A stretch of 64,000 nucleotides of DNA from Yuukianura sp. NJ FZ-2021 (lineage: Eukaryota): contig CM102283.1 of assembly GCA_046563655.1 (NCBI GenBank), positions 1,426,001 through 1,490,000 on the forward strand. Reading direction: 5' to 3'. Position numbers and translations under genes: made by a program. Each line of letters opens with the position of its first letter. The first letter of the stretch is position 1. The notes beneath the pieces are model-generated. The model saw only the letters and a list, made by a program, of their open reading frames with translations. It was not told where the DNA came from and searched no databases. Positions 34,601-49,600 of this stretch are shown piece after piece.

Positions 34601-37600
34601 ATGATGAACCGTGTCATTACACGGCTAGAAGTGGTGGTCCTTGTCCTCTTCTTTGTCACTCTCGCTGGTAAGTGCTTCCTTAAAGAACTAACTAAAACTT
34701 TTTTTTTTGAAAAAGTAAAATTTTGAAAAAAAGGTTTACATTCGGAAAAAAAAAGTCAACTTTTTGTAAGGTTGTGGATGAAGTGTGGAAGGTGTAGCAC
34801 AGTTTCCTCCTGTCATCCATAATATTTCATCTATTTTCGTATTCTACTCATTCTTCTTCATTTTCTCTGAAATGAGGTACTTACACTTGAAAGTTCCGAA
34901 TAACTTTCTTTCCTCTCTCGAAAAAACGAAAAAGAAAAAGAAAAGAAATGCAAATGGAACTTTTGGTAGCCCAAAATTTGAAAGTGTCGAGAACGTGCGC
35001 GTTCTGCTGCAAAAGACATTTTTTCTAGCGGGAGAACGACAATTTAAAAAAATGAAACGAAAGGAACGCGGGAAAGTCGAAAGGTCAAGTTACAAAGGAA
35101 AGCTTGTCACTTTGTAACTTTCTCCTTGATGTGTTCATTAGGCATAAAATTTTGTAATGAAGATAAAGATAGGTTTAGCTCCTACTTTTTGAAAAAAGTA
35201 TGAAAAAAGCGGGAGAACTGCGTGTGGAAATTTGAAAAGTGAAAGTTGGGTGGTTTCTCCGGGGGGAAGTGGAAATAGACTTCAAAGGGAAGAAGATGGA
35301 ATGGGTTGATGGAGGAGACTAAATTTTTAATAGGCCTCTCAACTCCATTTACGCAAAACGCTTCTAACTAGTAAAAAAACTAAGGAGATAGTCGATAGTT
35401 GGATAGTTTGGATAGTTGGGGCTATAGACGAGCAGGCCTTTGATTCTTTGAAGATAAAAGACAGGAGCAGAATGTCTTAGCAGATTCATGTTCCAGATAA
35501 TAATGAAAAAAAGAAGAAGAATGGAGAAAAGAAAGGAAGAAAATGAAGAAAGAGTTTATGAGTTTTACGTTTTGAACACATGAAAAAAAAGTTTGAAAAA
35601 TTCACCTGGGTAGCCCGCTTTTTCCTTTTTCTTTTATTTTCAAATGCTCGCCTCCCGCTTTTTTTGGGGTTCTAAAGCCTCTCCTTTAATTTATTTTTTC
35701 TTTGTCTCCTTTTTTGTGACTTTTTCAAAAAGGAATTCCAATTTTCCCGCAGCTTTTACACAATTTTTCGCGTTTCGCAAATTTTTGCCGGTTCTAAGCT
35801 ATAGTGTGAGTGTTTAGAAATTTTGGCGACGTGAATTTTTCGGATTTTGTACTTCTGCAAACATCGAAGGACTTTGAAGGCGGGAGAAGTCCAAATGTTT
35901 GCAATCTCTGCAAGTATTTAAACTCAAACTAAAAACGTCACTTTTTGTCTAATTTGTTGTCTTTTTTGGAAAAATTAAAATTTACCTCACAATATTTGAC
36001 GCTAAATGTGAGTGTTTTTTTTTGTTCTTGTATTACTTTTATTTTGAACTTTGAAGTTTAGTTTGAAAAGTTCCAAAAGTTTTTGACTGACGTATAAACT
36101 TTTTTACGTCTTGTTTTCATGTACCTTTGGATGGGATTTGATTGAGAACGGGAGCAAAAAGGATGATTTTAGCACCTTTTAAAAAGTGCGTAAAAAGGGC
36201 CACGTAAAAGTGCCTAACAACAAAACTGTGAAAGTTGAACAAAACGCTTCGATTTTTATGCCAGCTTTTCGTTTTTTACAGTTTTCAGATTTTATGTCAC
36301 TTTGAAACGGGTGTGTGGAGGGTACTTAACGCCTTTTGAGGAGATTTCAAAATTTCTGAAAGAGGTTCTGGAATTTTTGAGTTCATGGAAATCATAAACT
36401 GAAAAGGGAAGTGTGTCGGAGTAAAGATTTTTAGTGTTAGTAGTTATGCGTTGCTGTCAAATTTGAAAAAAGCGCGTTCCGCACTTTGCAAATCTGCATT
36501 TCTTCCCATCTCTCGTTTTTTCCTTCAGTATATTTTGAGAACCAATTTTTATTTATCCCGCCATTTATCCCCGTCTGACGGGCGGGTTTTAGGAGCGGGA
36601 AATTCAATCGAAGAGAACGTTAGGCACTGCTTTTGAAGCAGGAGAGGTTAGACTTTTTTAGATTTTTTAGATTCTGGAATCCTTAGGATCCTGCACTTCA
36701 AACAATCAATTTTTAGAGCAAGGTGAGTGTAAACCCCGGCGCCATTTTGAATCTTGTCAAATCCAGAACTTTTTACTCCATCTTCTTCAGGATAAGAATA
36801 AACTTTGCATCTCCGAACAGATTTACCCTGTCAAGTTCCATTTCAATTTTACTCAATATTTCCATTCCACTTACTAACAACTTTGAGTTTAAGAAAAAAC
36901 CGCCTTTTTTGAATAAATTTTGCAAAATAGTTTGCGTACGAACTTGATGCACTTTTCCATAAATCAATCCCACTTTCTTGGAGAAAGTGTCTGGAACTAA
37001 GAAAAAAGCACAGAAGTAAGAGAAAATTGAACTTTGACGGCGGAAAAAGTACGTTTTTTGGATCTCTCTGGAGATTTTTTGGATGGAAAAGTGCGGCTGA
37101 CTATTCGTCGGAAAAGAGCAGAAAATAGAAGCGTGAAATGGTGAAAACATGAAAGCGAACAGAGGAACTGTGAAAGCAAAGAAAGTGAACAAGGGAAAAG
37201 TAAGTAAAGGAAAAGGTGTGTTACTAAATTGTGAATGATGTACAGGATTCACAGTCATGGAAAATTTACAACTCCTTTTGTTTTCTACTTTTCCTTCGTG
37301 TTTGATCACTTTTAAAAAAAAAAACTTCCAAAAAAAACTTTAGAGAAAAATTTCCAACCTCTATAGAAAGTGTTTTGTCTCAGAAAGTTGCAATGCCAGA
37401 ATCGCTGGGTTTTGTCAATTTTTGTCAATCTTATAATTTTGTTTTGCCGTGTACTCAAATTATGAATTTTTTCTTCTTGACTTTTTTTTAATTTTGAGCA
37501 GTTTCGTTGAGTTTTTGAATTTTTTTAAAAATTTAAAAACTTTTAATATATGTTTCGCATCTATAGTTGCCGGTTACTTTTTTTTCGTTCTTTTTTTCAT

Positions 37601-40600
37601 ACATTGTCTTTTTTTTTTGCTTTTCTGGATGTTTTTAGAACAGCATAACATTTGAAAGTCGTTTTTTTTTTGTAAAGGATTCACGCTATCTGGTCACCCC
37701 AGCTTGACTTCCTTTTCCTATCGAAACGGTTAGTTGTGGAATAAACGTAAAAAATACAATGGAGTGCGGCAGATGCGAAGAAACGGAAGTGCAGAACGTG
37801 CGTCTAGTGCTTCATGTGTTATGATATGGGAGGGTGGATCTCATTTCATGAAGCTTTGACTCTGTCCAAATCCTTTTAGAAAACCTTACAAATTCATGAG
37901 CCTGACTTTCATGTACATTGTACATTGTACAAACACTTTTTTTGAAATGGGGAATTTCGAAAACCGCGTCTTTTTTTCGAAAAGTTTTCAACCGATGAAA
38001 GTATACAGCCTCTGTCAAAACGCTGAACGAAAAGCAACAACATTTCAATTATAAATAAAAAAACCTTCAAAAATTATTTTGTGTAAAAAAATGTTTTTTC
38101 TTTAAAAATTTTTTGGAATTCAAAATTTTCAACGTTACGTTGGAACTGTTTCTAGAAATGTTCATTTCTAAGAAGCACAAAGTTGTTAGAAACGGAGAAA
38201 TTGTTTGGAATGTGCTGCGCGTGTGCAGTGGCAGGTTGACAAAATTTATTTGTCAAAGTTTCTGGTGAGGCGGCTGTGTTTAATTACTGCTTCCGCCTGC
38301 TTAAGAACTATTTAGCACCAGCAGTCAGGAAGGGCTTTGACAAATTAATGACCAAAGGAGGAGGTCTGTTGACCTTTGAACTTTCCCGCTCATTTGTCTC
38401 CAGAAATAATTATGTTCAGAGTGCGCAGTCATCATTTCAAAGCCTCTGCAAATGAGTATTTCAACAGTCTAAGTTTCTAAACCGTTTCTGCCAAGAAGCA
38501 GTTTGAACTAAATGATTCACAAAATGGAGTCATAGCAGGAGTAAATTGAATTTTGAGGGGTAAAATGACATTCAATGTGGTCTACTTCTGGTTAGGTTAC
38601 TCCAATAACCTAACAATCCTAACTTCAATTTGATCGTCAGAACACATGATACCATCGATAAGGACAGACGCGACATCACCTCATGCCTAACCTAACATAA
38701 AGCTTTGACAAACATGACTAACTGGTGTGTCCACAAGTGATTCCAAAAGTTTGTTCAAGATGTTTCAAAATCACTTCGATTATCCAAAATTTATCCAAAT
38801 TTTTGGGCATAACTTAATAATTTATGAGTTTCCTTTTCCATTTCCAATCGAATCTAATTTTTAACCTGAGAAACTTACTAAAGTTTTTAATTTAAAAACT
38901 CATTTCAACTTAAGCCTAAGCCTAACGTAAGCAAACCTAGTGCGAAATTAACTTTTATATTTTTTGCTTAAACATAACCCAGCTGAGACTTCATATTAAA
39001 CATAATTTTCCGAATGCTTTTAATGCATAAATATAAAATCCAATACATAAAATAGGTTTGGGTAGGCTAAACCTTAAACCTAAAACATATTATTTTAGGA
39101 ACACAAAAGAAAAAGAAGTACTAAAGTATTACTAAAAAAGTACTAGAAAAAAGACGTTTTTGCACTGTGATTAGGTTATTCCAGTAAATTTAATTATGTA
39201 TAATTTCCAGAAATCCATTTTGAGGCTAGTAAGGTTAGTAGTCTAAAAACCCAATTTCTTTTTGCGTCGCAGAATTCAATTTCCATGTCATCTCAATTAG
39301 ATCCCACGGCTTTTGTCTTTAGTTTTCCGATGGCCACTAATGGAAAATATTGGACTCTAGTTGGAACTGTGCTTTGTACGCACTCACAAATCCACTCAAT
39401 TTCCCACAGAAAAGACAGAATTGGGAAAAACTGAGGGAAAATACAAAAACGCAGACAAAAAAACGTTGTTTTTTTTTTTCAAAAAAAAGTAGGACAGCAA
39501 TATGCAATTATAGCGAAACACAAAATATCACTTTCTCCGTTCTCCAGCCTATTTTGGCCCTAATTCGAAATTCAATATAATTATTTTCGTTTTTTTTCTT
39601 TTACTTTGGTATACAAAAAAAAATCCACGAAAAACATTGAACGAGCAGTATTTCATTTTTATGCTTTTGTTTTTGTTTTACTTTTTATTTTGGCTTTTTC
39701 TCTCTTCCTTTTCTCTGCTTCGTTCCAGTCTTTTAAATTTGAATTCAAATTTTCTTTTTTCTATTGAAAGTATTTCACTTTGTATTTTCGTTTCAATTTT
39801 TCATTTGTCTGTTTTGTTCTGTTGAAAATTGGTGGTCATGTTTTCCGTTGAATTCTTCTGTTTTGGTAAGGCCGATGTCATCATATCGCTGATTGTCCTC
39901 AATTAGGTTGAAACCTAGAAGCGAGCCTAATAGCCTAACTTTTGGGTTAGGTTATTAGCCTATTTGAAACAAAGTCTTTGGAGCAAACAAGTTGAGTTGA
40001 CAGAAAATGGAGCATGTTAGAAAAGTGGGGCAGAGCAGTGTAGTTACTCCCTCCATTTCTGCTTAATTGTTCGTAAAATGCGGGTGAGCTTTTAACTTTT
40101 CCAGTTTGTCCCAAGTCTTTATGGAAATGGGACTTTTCGGGGGATAATGAGCCAGTAAGCACAAAATTTTACGCTTCGCAACAACAACCAGCACTCGAAG
40201 TGTCTCTGGTGCTGCAACCAACGACATCGTGTAAAAAAGGAGCCGCTATTTTTAGAATCGGGCTAAAATATTGACGGGTGAATGTTAAGGAAAGATGGGC
40301 TCTTGAGTTTCATTTAAACTGACAAAGTTTAACTCAAATTTGTCATGGGCTTTTGCATGTGTAAGATGGAAAAATTGTGGGAACATTTTGAAAAGTGTAA
40401 ACATGTGGTATGGGACGGGAAGTAACTAATTTCCGGTTGTTATGAATAACATGTTAAAAATAACATTGTTTGAATGATGCATCTTGTAAAACCACAATCA
40501 CTGAGCATAACAATTCCATGCCATGCAAACGAAAAACCTACTTTATGGTTTTATCATGTCTGTCTGTCTGCCTGGTTATGATTTGTTTGTTTTTGTTCAA

Positions 40601-43600
40601 AATTAAACAATAATTTTCATAAATCTCCATACACATAAACACAAAGACTGCTTAATAATTTCCACAAGTCTGTTTGTCTGTGCTCATCGTTTGTTTTGTT
40701 TATTAGGAGTATCTAGATTAAATTATCTGATGAGCTACATGGCGTTTTCTCTTATAAAGTTTTAGTAAAATTGAGAAAGTAGAAACAGTTTTGGTCTGGT
40801 GAAAAGTGTGACCTCGAACTCTAAAAAGCATCAAAGGTCACATTGTTCAGAAATCCAATTATGTAAGATTCATAGGCTCTGCGCTAACTTTTTGAATGTC
40901 ACTTTTGTCCAAAGTCATTTTTTCAACTTCTTCCAATAAGACAAGTTTTCTCCAAATGCCAAAAGGCTTTTGAAATGATGTGAACTTTCACTTTACCGGA
41001 AATTGAATGTCCTCCATTTCACATCGTTTTAGAAGGTCAAACAAGGTCACCTAAAATTAAAACTTTTATCATTGTCCAGAAATTAACTTTTCAATTCCTT
41101 TTTTCAAAGCATCAATATTCGAATAGTAACAGAATTTTATTGAGACGTCAGGAGTAAGAAGCGAGAGCGCCTGAGCTACCACTTTCTGCTCCGCCGTGAC
41201 CCGAATACTCGTCGAACATTGACCTAAATCACGTACGTCGAAACGTTCTTTTTTGATATTTCCCGCTTTTGAAGCGATTCGAAAGTACGAAAGCAAGAAG
41301 TAGTAAGAAAACGGTTTTTTAAGACTTTTAGTAACTTTCGAATTTTTTTTGGAAGTAAAAGAATATCCGGATTTTTTTAAGAAAAGAACATCCCAAAAAG
41401 CGGGAAAAGTTTGAGAATCCTTCCTCTCTTCCAGAAAGTGAAAAGCTGAACAATTCCAGTGTAATTCCGTTCTCATGCCTCAACGCCATTCCCTCATGTT
41501 TCCCTTCGTTTCCCGTTTCCGTTTCCGTTGTCAAAAGTTCCGTTTCGGTGAAGACAGCATGCAGGATAGGATAGACTAAAAAAGTATCCGGAGGAAATTC
41601 CATTTATACTTATACACTTTGAAATCAAACTTTAAAAATTTTCCGTATTTAAAAATGAATTGGGATTAAAAAATTAAACCAATTTCAATTTTTGTGGTGC
41701 ATTCACGCTGCATTTTGTTTGGCAGAGTGTAGTCAGCCCTTCTTACAAAAAATGTTTTGAATAAATTTCAGCAACTGAAATTTTGAGTTTTTTTTTCAGA
41801 TTTTTTGCAATAGTAGAGGCTTTATGGTTCAAAAATTGAAAGTTGGAGTTCAGTGACAGGAATGCATTGTTTTTGAGAGTAAAATGTTAGTACATAGAAA
41901 ACCGAAAGTTCAGTGCGTTTGTTTTTCAAGAAAACCGAGCGTTGTGGAGGAACCGAAGTTGCGTTGTGCTCGTGGGAATTGAATGGTTGTTGACTTGATG
42001 CTTAGAATAGAAACGGGCTGCTCAACGGTAGCAAGCGATGGGCAGAGATGCGTAGCTGGAACGAGAGAAGGAGGCATACAATAAATTGAAATAAATTGCA
42101 ACTTCCTGTAATCATGGGGGAGAAGTTTTTGGAAGAAAAAATGTTTAGAAAACATTTATTGGATTCATTCTCACCATTTTGAAACACCAAGGGAGAGTAC
42201 ATTTGGCTTCTTACTTTTCGTTTTTCCGAAAAAAAAAGAAACACAAGCGGGGAAGCGAACGCAGGGGTTCATGAAACCTTTTTACGTCAAGTTTCTGAAA
42301 CTTTAAAGACTTTTGGAGCGTGCCGACGCCGTTTTTTGGGCAGTTGTAACTCAGGAGGGTCAAGATCAGGAGCCACGCCCTTATTTCTTACATTACCCTT
42401 ATTAGTTTCAAAAACTGAAATTTTGAAAGTAAATTTACTAAAATTTCGAAAACTCAAAGCGAATTTTTTTTGAAGCTGGCCACCGACTTTAGAACTCCTC
42501 AAAAAATTTGCTTTTTACTTGACATATGCTTTTGTGAGAAAGGACGTTCAGCCTTTTTGGTCTTTTTTTTTGAAATATTAAAATATTGAGAAAAATATTA
42601 CCCGTATGACATTTTCCAAAAACGAAATTTGGATGAAAAAAGACTCTGAATTTGAAAAAAAGCGAACGTGACGTAAATCAATAGTGTTATTTGGTAGAGC
42701 CATTTTTCATTTTGGAGGAAACAAGGACAAAAAGAGTCTTTTCACGTCAGTTGGAAAGACGCTGAAGAAAGGACAAAATCCAGTTGACCACTTCCTCCAA
42801 TTTGGCCATTTATCCATCACCCTCACACGTCCCAAAGGGTGTTAATCATGTTCGAGGGCAGTGACCTCGGGGTCAATGACCTTTTACCCCAGTTTGAAAA
42901 ACTCGGGAATGAAATCCTGATGGATGAAGCACTTTGGGCAAGCAGAGAGTTAGTATCGTAAGGTGACCATAAAGCTCTAGTAAGCTTCAAAAAAAAATAT
43001 TGTGGTCAGTAGTATGCGCACCCCGGTCGAATGGATTTGGAGCAGAGAGGGTGACCACACAGCTCAGCTTGAGTTTTGCATTATTAAGGTGTTTTGACCT
43101 CCTGGTGTGACCTGTAGTGACGTCCTGTACTCAAATGTGATTGATGGACGTAGGAAATGTGAGTTTCACTGTAGGGGGTTCATGAAGGTGAATTTAAGCA
43201 AATTAAGCCAGGAAACACTTTCACACACCTAGAGCTTTTCCCGCACTTTTTTGAATTTCAATCCTTCCAGTACAAATCCTCATCAATTTTAAATTTCACT
43301 TTTTATGTTAAAGTTCACCACTTTCACGCCGGAGAGGGAGAGAGGGAAATAATCCACAAATCATGATTTTAAACTCCTGTCATATCAAATGCCCCTATTT
43401 TAAATTAGATTTCAGGTTTTGAATTAGGTTAGAAAAACTTTGTTACGTTATTTCTTTGTACTTGGGTTTCCGTCACAATGATTTTTTTAATGAGCACTAA
43501 AATGTTGAAAAAAAAATTATTTTGATGGGGTGAGGAAAACAAAGCATTTTTTTTTTCATTTAGTTCATCAAGCGGTAGAGGCTCAACCCACAGAAAACAC

Positions 43601-46600
43601 TTGAATGACTCTTTCAATTGTTTTCAAAAAATGCCGGACTCCCCCAATCCTAAAAACGGAAATTGAGATGCCCGTTTCCCCAAACTTTCTTTTTCCTTTC
43701 ATTGTTGGTGAAAAGGAAAAGAATGAAGTTCGTTTTGCCCTTGAGGGTGTGTGGGATTGGATGCATTTATGATTCATATTTGGCTGTTAGCCGCTTATTA
43801 AAATCCAATTCCGCACGGCTCACTTCCTCTACTGCTCCCCTCCATGGCTTGTTCCTGACAGTTGAAACATGCTTCATTATTTTCCAATCAAAACATATGA
43901 ACAATCAGCCCAAAATTGTAGGCTCTGTACTTACTTGTATTTAAATGAAAATTGAGTTTCCACTTTCTAGCCTAACATGTATGAACCTTGATTAAAACGT
44001 AAAATACATAACATGTCGGGAAAATACAACTTTCTAAACAATCAATTGTCATATTCAAAATTTTGAAACTCATTACAACTTACTAAAATTTAAGCTAACT
44101 ATAAGTCAGGGGCGAAAGTTTATACGAAGGATGATTGGCTCTAAACTAAGTCCGTCATTCAAGCTTTCCATATTAAACAAAAATACTAACAAAAAATTAC
44201 AATTCGGTTTCTAAAATTCAAATGCTTTGATTTTTAATACATTTCAAGTTGGTTTATTGTCAACTAAACAATTGAGAAATTAATACAAATTTGAAAGGTT
44301 TTCGAGGCAGTTTTAAAACATATAGTCGCTCGAGGATTATAAAAAAAAATTGTTGTATGAAAATTTTGAGTTTTTGAGACAACATTAAGTTGGTACGATA
44401 CACTGAAATTTTGTGAGCGTAAGAGATGACTTTGAACTGGTGAGTAAGTGTGTTGGCTTCTTGGGAGAAAGCACGTCCTGAGTCATGGGCTATGGCAGGT
44501 GGATGGCATTAGAATCACTTCACGCCCTGCATACAGACGGACACGAAGCGATTTGGAATCGCTGAATGGACACAGTTGTTACCTCGAAGCGCCAGCGATA
44601 GCGGGAACAAGCGGAAATTGAATTTGGCTCCATTTGTAACTTTCACTTTACTCAATTTCCACTAAAGCTCATTCACGTCAAGGAGGATGAAGGAGCAGGA
44701 CAGGTCAAAAGGTCAATTTCAAGCATTGACTCACACAAACTCAATTTTGACACTGTCCAAAAACATTTTCAAGATTTCTTTGGCCTCCAAAATTTTCAGT
44801 TTTATCGACAAAAAAAATTATAACAACGTCCTGACAAAAACGAAACAAAATCACTCAAATTCAAATTTGCCAATTTTTTGGAAACAGCTCTTCTTTTCTG
44901 ATTTTCTGTTTCATTGTTGTAGCTTTGTTGGCAATGATATCGCCTATTTCAGTAAAAGTTTTACTTTTTCAAAATTTTGTCTTCCCAGTCTAAACTTCGG
45001 TATAGTAGATACTTAAAATGCTAAAATCTTATGCCTTAAAAGGCCATGAATAGTAAGTAGTAGGGAAATTTAAATCAAGCCGCTTCGCAAAATACTTTTC
45101 CCGCTCTACTTTTGAATTTACATAAAACCACAAAAGTGCATACGGACAAAACAAAACGAAGAGTCGTGTTCTAGAAACCACCGCCAAAATTTTTAGGACT
45201 CTAAATTAAATTTTTTGCGTCCTCATAGTGTTTTCAATGAAAACTTAAATTCAGTGCAAAGCAAACCCAAAAAACTCAATTAAAATTCTCGCTTGTTTTT
45301 GTTTAAATAAGTTTACTAAAAAATGAACAAGAAAAATAAATTTCTTAAAACACCGCTAAGACAATTGTAAACTACCTTTACTGTTTTTCCAATTAAAAAA
45401 CTGTTCAACTTTATTTCAAAATTTTGAAAAGGTTTCACAAAGGTTAACATAACGTGAAAGAACAAAGTGTCTAATTTCTTTCACTTTTATGAGTTTTCTC
45501 CCCCAATTTGCAAAAGTTTGAGTGTAGAGAAAACTGGAAACTTTCCAGGAACAAATCATCATCAGTCTGATGCTTATTAATTAACACTTATTTCAAAAGT
45601 TAGTTAAAACGAACCTGACACTTCAACCACTCAATTAACACTACTATTCACTCTTCACTAACCTAACTAACCTAACTTCAGCCTAACCTAACAAAGAAAC
45701 AAAGGAAAGAGGGGAAGATGGCGCTCTGTTCTTAATTATTCCTTTGAGGCCACTCCTTTCAAATGGAAAATTACGCAGTTTTCACCACTACTGAATTTCA
45801 TGCTCTTCTGATTCTTCGAGTGCTGTGTTGTCTCCGTGCGGTTATTCTGCGGAATAGTCAGCTACAACTTTGCATCCTAATTAATAGGCACTAAAACTAT
45901 GATATACTAGGAGTTAGGTTAGTTAGGTTTAGACTATAGCCTAATTTCTAAGCCTAAATGAATAGGAGCGGCAAAACTACAAATTCAAAAGACAGTTCCA
46001 GAACGTGACTTCGGCAGCGGCAAACGTTCGACTGAGTTTGAAAATTCAAATTTTAAATTCATCTCAAACTACGAGAACACGCGTCTTTCAAGTTCACAAA
46101 ATTTAAATTTTGTCATCATCTGCCAAACGCAGACTTTGTGCATGTGCATAGCAGGTTTTAGAATTTTAAATTTTTCAAAAACTGAAAAAACTCAACATTT
46201 TAGGCAGTTGAAATCATCTTTAACTTTTTAAAAACTCACAATTTGACTTTATGGAAGACAGAAGTGTTAAAATTTTCACTTTTTTGAAGTTTTGAAATTT
46301 TTATGTCCGTTTTGCACTTGAATTGGTAGTTAAAGTTTGTGTTGATGGTGAATACAATTAAAGTTGTAAAAGGGGGATGACTAAAAGTGTGAGTTTAGGA
46401 TGATTCCTTTTCTGCAAAATGTTTACTGAGGTTTAGTAGCCATTTTCCAGTTGGTTTGAAGCACTCCCTCGTCGTCCATTCTCCACTTATCGCACAACTG
46501 GTTTCTCTATGCAATTTTAGCTTTGTGCCTGTCTGTTGGGATCCACTTATTTCCTGGAAGATGAAAATAAGAACATCCATTCACTTGAGTTGGTGGTGCG

Positions 46601-49600
46601 CAGAGATGAAATCAAAAGATTTGGTGTTGTAATAGTGTGTGGTGATGCGCAGAGTGGTATATGAAGAGACCATGAAATTGATCGTTTTTGACAGAGGAAA
46701 AACAGGGAGAGATGAAGATAATTTGGAACTTTTGTCTGGAGGGAACTTTCGGTTTCGGTGATTGAGATCGCTTTTCAAAAAGAGCCTCCTGCTCCCGCTC
46801 TTCCTCTTAATAACACTCAAAAATTACTACTTCAAAACACAGATTTTGTAGCCTGATTCACCTTATTTTCAAATTTTCAAAAGGCACTATATCACCAAAA
46901 TTGCAAAACAAACGATCCAAAAACTGGCGCCAAGGTTCGAAAATAAAAAATTGTTCTGAAATGAGAAAAACTTTGGTAAAAGATGAAAATGAGAGTAAGC
47001 TTTACATTCTTTACTTTATACTATAATGCGCAGAGAAAATTACAAAAAGAAAACACACTCCTTTGAGTTAGAAATTGAAATTATTCTTGGCAAGAGTGCG
47101 CATTATACTCTCGTGTCGTATAACGCGCACCCAAACTGACTTAAAGCAAAAGTATTTCCAGCTACAATGCAAAATTTTAAAATTGATTAACTATACTGAC
47201 ATGGAACTTCGCCTAATGTGTTTCATATTGTATAAAACGCACTCTGTAAAAAGTTGAAGAACTTGGAGATGCTTTTGTTGTGCTAAAAGGAAAAACTGTG
47301 TTTGTGTTTGGGTTTTGCAATTTTTTTTAAAAAGAAAGAAGGTTTAAAAAGAATATATTTAGTACTACTAAAAGCAAAAGTGGAAAAGTTTTTTTTTGTA
47401 AAAAGAAAGAAAATTTTTTTTGTAGAATAAATGAACGTTTTTTGAATTTGTGAAAGGAAACAGGAGAAATGTGGTTTGTGTTTCTACTTCTCCATTGATT
47501 TATTTTTGTTGTTCTTTGGAAGACGATTGTATCTGGTGGTACTTTTGGAAGAGAGAGATGAGAATGGAGATGTTATTAAAATTGATACTTTTTGGAACAC
47601 AAAACTTCCATCTTCTCTCCTTACAATTTTATCCATCAATTTAAACTACAAAACTACAAAGGAGAAACTACATCTCTGTCTCTGTGCTGCAGGATAGGGG
47701 AAACAAAATTCAAAAAAAGCGGGCAAAGCCTACGCGGTTTTTTCTGGATTGAGAACCATTCTGTCGGAAGGATGTTTACGGTTAGTGAATTTTGATGCAT
47801 GGAAATGCTTCTAGCTCATCTTTCCAAAATGGATTTTTTTTCGGTTTGACCTGACAGGTCTTAGGAAAGATTTTTCAAAAAAAAAATTCCTTGTACATTT
47901 TTTACAAAAAGTTTCCAATTTTTACTATGACAGCGGCGTTTCTGCTACTCATTGGATAGAAATTCCTCAGTTTCTAACGGTGTTAAAAGATTTTCCATTT
48001 TGGAAAGAAAAGTATTGGATTTGGTAATCCTTATTAATTTTAGAATGGTATCCATTAGCGATTTTTTTTTGAAATGTTGCATTACTAAGTAAAACGTGTT
48101 GGAAAATTTTTTTTTGAATTATTAATGATACTTGTCAAATCCCCCTTCGTTTTTTGTGAAAACTCATATCCGCCCTAGAGAAAACAAATTGGAAAATGTT
48201 GCGCATTATACTGTCAAAAATTTTAGTTTAAAAATGGATTTCTGGAGGAAAAAAAAACTTTTTCTAAAATTTAGTATTTCTCGCATTACCTTTGCTGCTC
48301 GGCATAACAAATGGATCTTAGGATTGTAAATTCAAAATAAAATAAGAGTAAAAAAAAATTTTGTTGAAAAAGTGCAGGAAAAGAGTTGTTGATCAAAATT
48401 TGTGTCTGCTCGTAAGTGGTAGTATGTTTTGTTTTTATTTCTCTTCGTAAGAAAACAAAAGATTTTTGGTGAAAGTGTTTTTGTGCGAAAGTATGTTGAC
48501 AAGTTGTACTAAAGTTGATGCTCTACAGTGGAGTGTATGTGTTTGAGTTGAGTAAAACATGAAAATGGAGTTGGGAAAAGTGGCAAATTTGAAAACGGCG
48601 TTGAGCGAAAGTGCAAATTTTGTACAAAGAGGATAATGGAACAAGCTAAACAAAAGGGAAAGTGGGAAGACAAATTGGAACTGCACATTGGAGACACAAC
48701 ACACTACACTTTTTTTTATTTTGCAAAGTGTCGGGTAGATTCGAACCCTGAGAAAAACCAAACAATTCTATGCGACCTGCTTTCCCTGGTGCTGGTGGTG
48801 CGTTCTCTGGTGCTGCTGAAGCAGAGGAAAGTAGGAATTTCTCAGGAGAATTAAGTTTGTATCTTTGTGCTTCCTTGGACTGGAGAGTGTGAACTGAATT
48901 TGATGACAGTGACGAGGGAGCTGTATTCACTCCACTTCAAACGCATGCAGACATGAACTACCTCTGCACCTACAAAATACCCGGGTAACAAGTCGCTAGA
49001 AAACTCCCGCCTTTTTTGAATTTGACCTCCAGGAGGAGAAATCCCATTTCAATTGGAGTCGAGGAATGACGGAAGCCTGGAGCGGAGGGGACGGAGCAGT
49101 AGAAGGTGAACTCTCCATTGTCATCCAGGGACAAAATTACGTTTAATGTAGTCGAAAGACATAGTACAAGAAGAAAAGGTCAATGACCTTTGACCTCAGT
49201 GTTGCCTGAGGCCAAAGCACCGGAGAAAGACTGAGGACGGCGGGAAACACGGTTTCAATTTTTGGTCCAACAGTGGCAGAAGTTATGATAAGAACGCCGC
49301 TCTAAGACTGAAATATTTTTTGATAAGATTTTTTTTGTAGACTAAATAAAACTTGTTTTTGAGTTTTTTTAAGTTTTTTTTTTACTTTGCTCAATTTTTC
49401 TTAAGAAAAAAGAGTGATGACAGTGGAGCTTACAAACCTGTCATGCGAAAATGTCATTTCCCAGTGGATTCGAATGTCGTGGCGTCGTTTAATAGTTGCC
49501 GTCCAAAACGTAGGAGAGAAAGTTTCATAAAAACGATTGAAAAGAGAAAAGTTTTTCTAAAATTGGAACTTTGTGTGTAAGTGTAAGTGAAAGTGAGTGG

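Noticed and set aside
41069-41603. Minus-strand ORFs nested in the Beat-like intron, faintly similar to 62342-62701
   Set aside because: Similarity is limited to a few short words and no family is recognisable.
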